Positions 33,679-40,599 of a stretch of DNA of 40,599 nucleotides are shown here, piece after piece. The notes under the pieces are model-generated. The model saw only the letters and a program-made list of their open reading frames with translations. It ran no database searches and had not been told where the DNA came from. The number at the start of each line of letters is the position of its first letter. The stretch's first letter is position 1. The stretch comes from Basidiobolus meristosporus CBS 931.73 (taxonomy: Eukaryota > Fungi > Basidiobolomycota). The stretch lies in the NCBI GenBank assembly GCA_002104905.1, contig MCFE01000741.1, positions 1 through 40,599 of the forward strand. The letters are read 5' to 3'. Made by a program: the position numbers and the translations under genes.

Positions 33679-34068
33679 CTATCCACGTCTACGTTTACAC
33701 GATGGCTGATTGTCGTCGTCACTCGAGTCTTGAGTGTCATCCTCATCGGGAGTAAATGATGGCGCATATGTCGACGCAGATGGTTGGTACAATGTCTGAT
33801 CTACTTGCTGCACTTGCTCATATTGATTCTGGTTGGAAAGTGCCTCAGCATTCTGTGCAGAATTAGTCTGAGCGTTGTCCAACAATGGATAGGCGTCTGG
33901 GGACTCTAGTTGATAGTATGTTGATGTATATGGCATTAATGGTTCACTGTCGAAGTCCACCGGGATGCCCTGGTCTACTTGCTGGTTGTCATACGTTGCA
34001 ATGGGCGTTGCATAAGATGCACCGAATAGGAATACTAAGACGGATAGAATGCGGAAAGTGCGTTACAT
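33679..34068 (-). pseudogene. Family C pseudogene
   Basis: ATG at 34068 is followed immediately by TAA (CAA in intact copies), with further deletions and a shortened tail CKRRRG. Confidence 0.82.
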
Positions 34069-34549
34069 GTTGGCTCTTGATGACACACCGGAAGGCAAAC
34101 AGTTGCTTTTATGTATGGTTTGCTAGATTCATCAGCGATCATCAGCAACCAAACCCAGTTTACTAAATTATGAAGCAAAGGTGAGTAAAGTTAATCAGCA
34201 TTTCACTTTCATTGTAATGATCAGTGAATAGGGGTTGATTAAACCGTAATCCAGGCGACCAGTCACTTCAGTACATGAAGAAAAGTAAATAAACATTTCT
34301 CTTCAATTCCACTTTGGAATGGCATTTGCGGTTGTGAAGAGACAAACCACAATGATTCATACTATGGCTTGAGGTGAGCACACAGGAATGGCGTCGTTCT
34401 TACGTAGTTCTTAATTCCATTGCCGTAGAATGCTAAGCTACTCTCGTGATAAAGAAGCCTGTAGTTACTTTGTGGGATTACGGATGAATTAATATCTTTA
34501 CTGCCATCATTCGATAGTATACTGAGCTATATTTAGGGTTCTGTCTTTG

Positions 34550-34890
34550 ACCAAGTACCAACGTTGCGTCAAGTGTTCACCACCATGACCAGAAAGCATG
34601 GCTATCTGAACACTATTAGCACCATTAGTGACAAAAGTCTTAGTGTTAACTTCAAGCAGGCCCAACCTCGAAGTAGAAGGTTCAGCCAGTGCATCTGAGT
34701 ACGTCAAACTGAAGGGGGCTGAACACTCTGATTACCCCATTATTATGATTCAGCCCGCACAAGAGGAGATCTATTCCACACCGGAAGTTGAAGGGAGCCC
34801 TTATCCTATGTGGCGATGATTGTGCTAATCAGGACTCGAAGTATACTTATCCTGTAGTGACACTGAATGTACCGACGACTGCACTTAATT
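34550..34890 (+). pseudogene. Degenerate family B remnant at the array end
   Basis: gcgtcaagtgttcaccaccatgaccagaaagcatg, cctcgaagtagaaggttcagccagtgcatctgag and gattgtgctaatcaggactc match B. Confidence 0.72.
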
Positions 34891-34976
34891 ACCCATATTA
34901 TTTGCTATTTTCTGTGAAAAGAGCAGTGATTCACTACAGCATTTTCTTTGAAAGGAGCAACGGTTCACAACAACAT

Positions 34977-35894
34977 TTATTCATTAGCTGATGGCATTGT
35001 CCAATATTTACTTTTAAATGAATCAAATAGGAGTTCGGCACTAAATAGATCATACATGCTTTCCTTGGTTGGATCGGCGAACATGTTGCGGAAATTAGGA
35101 TTTCCAATAAAAAATGAATATACCGATCGAAGTCCCTTCGCTTTCAGATTGGCTAGACGGTTTGCCGTAAACACCTGCTCGTAGTTGAGGATCTCAGGCC
35201 CCAAAAAGTTTGTCAGCATGAATAAAGGGCCAGCTCGATCCAAAATCCTCTTAAAGCGATGATAGTTAAACTCAGGGCTCTGCTCTCTCATCTTACGTCT
35301 CAGTGCTCGCAATATATGTTTGTTCACAGCAATGGGGTTAGTCAAATGGCGTGTACTGTTGCTTCTAAGCTGTTGTCTTGCAAACATACTAAAGTACTCA
35401 TATAACGAATAGTATTTATGCTTTGGTCCCGGCAGCAGTAAGTCCAGGTTGCTGATTGCCTCTTGCAAGTTGACCATTTCTTGTAACATTTCTTCAGCGT
35501 TGTTCACTGTGTAGAGCGGACTTGGATTCTCTTGAGCAGTGAGTGACTCAGAAGACATCACACCCGTTGTAGCCTCAACAGCAGCCTTACATATATCTTC
35601 AATAAAGGTCAAGACATTGTTTTCACTGGTGCCAGGATTTTGGGATATATCCTCGCCGCCCACCAGTCGGCTGACAACCGCATCATCAGCTGGTTGGTCT
35701 CCTTGCGCATCATTATTGTGCTCTGGATCCATTGCAGAGTGTGGTGGTGCGTCTGGCAAAGCCCCTTCCGTGGGTAGCAAGTCACCTATCTGTATCCCCC
35801 CGACAGCCACATCTTCCTCTTGATATTCTCCCCCGTGCCACGAAGCATTTAAAATGCCATTCTGAAGATGTAATTGGCAAATTCCCAGCTGCAC
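34977..35894 (-). CDS. Hypothetical protein (305-codon open frame; true start uncertain)
   Basis: Long open frame with normal CpG content, an acidic low-complexity N-half and a helical-looking basic C-half. The ORF-track start is GTG, so an upstream exon or a later ATG is likely. Confidence 0.65.
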   Translation of the reverse strand: MQLGICQLHLQNGILNASWHGGEYQEEDVAVGGIQIGDLLPTEGALPDAPPHSAMDPEHNNDAQGDQPADDAVVSRLVGGEDISQNPGTSENNVLTFIEDICKAAVEATTGVMSSESLTAQENPSPLYTVNNAEEMLQEMVNLQEAISNLDLLLPGPKHKYYSLYEYFSMFARQQLRSNSTRHLTNPIAVNKHILRALRRKMREQSPEFNYHRFKRILDRAGPLFMLTNFLGPEILNYEQVFTANRLANLKAKGLRSVYSFFIGNPNFRNMFADPTKESMYDLFSAELLFDSFKSKYWTMPSANE

Positions 35895-36199
35895 ACTAAA
35901 GCAAGTATTTTGAATCCTTCTTCACGGCTAGAAACCTCTCCCATCAACAGTAGGGCTTTCAGGTAAGTGCTGCTCATTGTATCAACGGTTGTATATCATA
36001 CCAGGCAAGTACATGTATATATCTTGCCGCACTCCCACCGCACTCACAATGGCCCATTCCTTTTTTGGACAGACAACAAATATCGCTTATGGCTACTATA
36101 CAATGTGAAATACAGCACCCACGGTTAATTAAACAACGTGATCTATATTATCCTGGTTTCAGTCAGGATTTCATATGTGCAATTAAGGTGCCGGTATAA

Positions 36200-38129
36200 T
36201 GGGCCAGTTTCTACAAAATAACAGCCAATAGTTGATCAATTTGATTAAGCAAATTTTTATGTGAGCCATTCTCATTCTCTTAGTTCACAACTACATATAA
36301 CAAACTACAACACAACTTAATTATAGTGAGATAATACTGCACCAAGCAAGCTCATTAGTATACAGAAAGATGGGTTTCCTAATGTTTTGTTGCATCAATA
36401 TCATGGTAACCCTTAGTTACTAATGAAATAGCAGCAAGATGCAAAAACTATTGACCAAGTGATACACAGCTCTTTCTCTTTATGTAATGCAACTATTGCA
36501 TGGGTGAGTGGCCTGGCTAATAAGCACTTGCCCATTGGTGTGAATACTGCATATATAGGAGCAAATACTCAATACTGTTTACATTGCTACACTACTGAAA
36601 AGTCATCATCCACATTATTACATATGCATTTTACTTTCTTTGCAAATGGCACTCAGGATGGATGCTGTGCTTGCAATTAGGAGATATGCAGTCAATGTTT
36701 TCAGTGCAATCAGGACTAAAGATGTATGGCTGCTATTCTTCAGCACTGTGGCCCTTGGATTACAGTGTATCCACCTCTTATCAAACCTGTGGTATATTTC
36801 TTCATGCTATTAGCATTTGTTGTTCTTAATGTTTTGCTCCAGCACCTGCAAGCATTGACTTGATAAGCATACTTGCATAAGTAAGCAAACAGAGAACAGG
36901 CAAAAACAGAGATGGATGGAAGCCTAAGTGTTTGGTAGTGAGGTACAATCCAATTATACACTGATACTGAATCTGCATCATATTATGCCATCTCTCTGTA
37001 TCTTTTGTATGGACTGAATGAGAAGGTATATTCATACACTGTGCCAAGTAAAAGACATTAATGAAAAGTGAGAAGAGCCAACAGCCACCAACCTGCTTCT
37101 AACTATATTGTAGCAGGCCAGGCTGCTCTGAAGCACTAGGAATGGGGATGGGGTCTAGCTTTGAGCCAATGTAATCATCCAGCAGCCTTCCCAGTCCAGG
37201 TCTGTTGTAATGCTGAGATATCTGACATCAATAATAGATGTGCAACTAAACTACACTAGATTTCACCTTATCCAAGAAACCTGTTATGCAGAAAGTCTTA
37301 AATAGTTCTTGAGAACACTGGTCACAACACAAGTCCCTAACCCTAGTCTAGTTAAACATGCAGATCTCATCTATAATGGTGCTGTATATTGTGTCCTTGT
37401 TCCAACTTTTGCTCAGAAAGAACTTTTTCCTGTCACTTTTACACCCTGTCTAGGCCAAGTAGAAGCTCAAGTTGAGGTACTGCATTTCTCAGATGCTGTT
37501 ACCAACACGACATTTCAATCACTGCTACTTGATTATACCTACTGGGAACATTGGCCATTGGCACCATCTAATCTTGATGCTATTGCACTAAGCACCAATG
37601 CTGCCTTGCCATGATCCCACAATGAGGTCAAAACTATGCTAACAGTTTAGAAAGCTTTGCCCTCTGTACAATGTTAAGGTGGGGTTGTAACAGTGTGGTG
37701 CTGTCTGCACTGACCAATACAGCAGTAAGGATGCCAGTAACTTGACAGCTGTTCAGCATATTTTATCAACTTTAAGCAGCAAAAAGTCTGACATTGTTTT
37801 GGCAGCCAGTGTACAGACCTCTGTCATGCTTAGCATGCAAGCATAGCAGCCAACTGCTGGTCATATATGGTGCTACTGTACCAATTAGCCAAATGCTATT
37901 TTATTATTCCACCTCCCCTTGTGCTATTTGTATACTTCACTGTTCAAATAAGCCTTTTACTAGCTCAGCAACTATTACTATTACTATTCCACATCCAGTT
38001 TCAACAAGAGAAAGCCATGGCTACTGATAACCAACCTCTACATACATGGATACCTGCTGTAACTGGCATACTCCCCTCTCCTCTGTATAGCTTTTCAGTA
38101 TATAATCTGCAAAGCTACCATATGCCTTG
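36200..38129. mobile_element. CpG-depleted decayed repeat DNA, origin unresolved
   Basis: Almost no CG (one seen near 37508), CA/TG-rich, no convincing ORF. Confidence 0.45.
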
Positions 38130-39003
38130 TGTCACAATCACATGACATTCCTGGTCTCCTATTATCTAGCCAAATCAAGTCAGTGAAGAAATCCCAGTTC
38201 CTTCTAGAAAGTTCTACTACATTCTAGCAACTTCTTGAAAGCTCAGAGTCAACATTACACAATGGAACATTCTATGGAAGCTTCCCATTAGAGTTTATGT
38301 AGTCCCATGCCATATATTGTAGCTACATGTCACATGACCAAGTAACATGATCAGTTGACCCCTGACATATCTCCATGTGATATTCAAGTCTGTTCTTTTG
38401 TATATTCTATCTTGGCACACTTACTGTGCCTCATCTCAGAACCCCATCAGTATTAGCCAATATCTCTTGGCATCCATATTGCCAAAAAGTATATATAGTC
38501 CTATACCCCCTTATGTATTCCTCAGTCTGATAAACACAGGTCTTGAATAAACAGACTTGTCTTGGAAATTCACCTTGCCTAGGAAACATGTCTTGCCTTG
38601 TTGATCCACACCTAAGTCCTTTCCTAGTCCTGCCTTGCCTAGCTCTACTCTCCTGCCTTGTGTCTATTCATAACAGTTTTATCAGACTGCTCCTGACTTA
38701 CCTGTGGAACTCTGCCTTCTACCTAAAGTTCTTAAGAAGAACTTGTAAAGGAGTACCTACCATGGGTATCACCCTGGATTTTTCCCTAGTCTTGTCCTCT
38801 AAAGGCAAAGATACTTTATCTTTGTAAGATTATTGGCCAAAGCTGCATTCACTTTATTACCCTGCTGGTGTAGTTTACAGTTGTTACATTATTGCAAGCT
38901 TTAGTACAATACTTTATCAAAGGACATTAAAGCCAGTACCTTCTGAAGTGACACTAACTTATTCAAAGTTGGGGATTGTGGCTCAATAATTGTATTCTTG
39001 ACA
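38130..39003 (+). mobile_element. Probable 5' LTR of the Ty3/gypsy element
   Basis: Bounded by TGTCA (38130) and TGACA (38999-39003), with internal TATATA (~38492) and AATAAA (~38546), directly upstream of gag. The second LTR is outside the window, so the boundaries are unconfirmed. Confidence 0.55.
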
Positions 39004-39089
39004 AACTAATGGCTTTATAACCCACAAATTAGCTAGCAATATCCAGTATTCCTGAACAAGTCCAAGAGACTTCTCCACCCCCTGCTACC

Positions 39090-40599
39090 ATGACATATCC
39101 AGTCCAGAGTATAACTTTGCAAGTCTCATGGCTGCCTTTGCCCAGCTGCCACAAGACAATGCAGACCTCAGAACTCTGTTGCTCAGCTCCAGAGCCAAAA
39201 TGCTCAACAGCCTATCCAGGCTCCCTCCTACCATGATCCCAAGATCACTTCAACTACCAGGTTTGGTGGCTCCCAGAATGAATTCCAAGGTTTAATCAAA
39301 ATAGTGTAACACCACTTGTCACTACAACCCAATTGGTTCCCAACAGATCAAGCAAAAGTTGATTATATCTCTAACCTGCTTACTGGAACTGCCCACAAAT
39401 GGTTCTCCCCTTTGGTGGAAACCAACTCCCCTCTACTCAGCAAGTACCATGCCATCCTCACAGAAATGGAGCTAACATTTAGCAACACTGACCAAGCCAG
39501 AACTTCTGCCAACAAGATCAAGAGCCTGAAGCAAGGAAACAGACCTGCATCTGTGTATGCTTCTGAATTCTGGCTACCAGCCAGTGATTTGAGCCTTTGG
39601 GGTGACACTGCCCTAATTAGATCATTTCAAGATGGGCTCAGTGATGAAGTCAGTGACCTACTTCTCACTCTCCCTGGCCCAACTACTTTGGGTGAAGCTA
39701 TTCATCAAGCAATCCAATGTGACAATTGTCTTTTCCAGAAGAAACAGAAATTCTGGCCAACCTTCTTCCTAGTAATCCAGTCACCCAACACTAAGCCTGA
39801 TGATCCTATGCAAATTGACAGTGCTAAATATAAGAAACTCACAAAAGAAGAAAGATCTAGATGTCAACAGGCAAACCTCTGCCTTTACTGTGGTTAGCCA
39901 GGCCACTTTGCCAAGTCTTGTCCTAACAGGAAGTCCAGCTTCAAGCTCCTGTAATCATCCTGTGAGCAATCTTCTCCTGAATTATTGAGAAACTCCAATG
40001 TCCAGTCACACTGACAGGCTTGCAACTGGACCCTCCATTGAAGATCCAGCACATTCAAGAAACATCATACGCTAACAAGTCCATCCAGTCCTTAAGAATG
40101 CCTGTCAACATCCACCTCCCTGAATCCAGCCCTGTCTGCATACTTGCCCTCATAGATTTTGGTGCCTCCTCCTGTTTCATTGACCAGTTATTTGTCCAGA
40201 GGCACCAAATCCCCACTGTCCTGAAATCCTGTCCTGTCCAAGTAGAAGTTATTGATGGAAGGTCCCACTCTTCTGGTGCTGTAACCCATGAGACATGTCT
40301 ACTCCAGTTGTCCAGTACTGGTCACCACAAGACACTAGCCTTCAACATCATCAACTCTCCCCACTACTCCGTAGTCCTTGGAAGCTCATGGCTTAGTCAC
40401 CATGACCTAGCTATCACCTGGAAGACCAAAATCCTGACATTCCCCAGAATCCACCATGTCAACTTTATGAAACAACCTGATTTTTCAGGTAAAGAAGTAT
40501 CTTTCCTAAGCTACCCCAGACCCAGGAGCCCATTATCACTGAGGGAACCCCCTTCAATGGAATATCTGCCAAGTATCAAGAGTTTGCCCATGTCTTTGA
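39090..40599 (+). mobile_element. Decayed Ty3/gypsy LTR retrotransposon: gag, zinc knuckle, aspartic protease, start of RT region; truncated by window end
   Basis: Gag-like PKITSTTRFGGSQNEFQG and AKVDYISNLLTGTAHKW, PDDPMQID, knuckle CLYCG*PGHFAKSC. Protease ALIDFGASSCFID...VVLGSSWL (~40140-40450), then KYQEFAHVF. Contains stops and frameshifts and is CpG-depleted. Confidence 0.92.

Larger units (their letters stand above)
15890..34890. repeat. Tandem array of about five A(+)-B(+)-C(-) cassettes, period ~3-4.4 kb, with internal deletions and extra defective copies
   Basis: B starts at 17864, 21761, 24870, 29291; C starts at 19595, 23465, 27378, 31415, 34068; intact A starts at 20878, 28417. 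Spacers are also collinear between units. Confidence 0.93.

Noticed and set aside
15890-34890. Possible CRISPR-like or satellite array
   Set aside because: Repeat units are kilobase gene cassettes. There are no short direct repeats with unique spacers and no cas-like ORFs.
36459-36680. GVNTAYIGANTQYCLHC faintly resembling the TnpB/Fanzor C-terminal VxxxYTSxxCxxC segment
   Set aside because: Spacing is wrong, no RuvC-I or second Cys pair is recognisable, and it lies in decayed DNA.

Overview
Eukaryotic DNA, most likely a fungus (inference from a eukaryote-type tRNA without encoded CCA, intronless TATA-led genes, and Ty3/gypsy and LINE-like relics). The window is dominated by three families of small secreted proteins that I cannot assign to any known family (called A, B and C here). 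An older, decayed cluster (~1.8-9.4 kb) holds one intact A-B pair, a tRNA-Leu(CAG) gene and an SDR oxidoreductase lying between two duplicated defective B units. A ~5.7 kb block almost free of CpG (~10.1-15.9 kb) separates it from a young ~19 kb tandem array (~15.9-34.9 kb) of roughly five A(+)-B(+)-C(-) cassettes. The array has 2 intact A, 3 intact B and 3 intact C genes plus many pseudogenes and fragments. The families share modules in shuffled order: a 28-aa N/Q-rich motif (A and C, 18/28 identical), a C-x-[ED]-Q-x3-C-Y motif (A and B), and an Arg/Lys/Tyr-rich cationic box set against acidic tracts (all three). This suggests a co-regulated multi-component extracellular system such as a functional amyloid, coat or glue, or cationic peptide precursors; the function is inference only. 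The right end has a 305-codon orphan ORF and a second CpG-depleted block with a decayed Ty3/gypsy element (LTR, gag, protease) that runs off the window.
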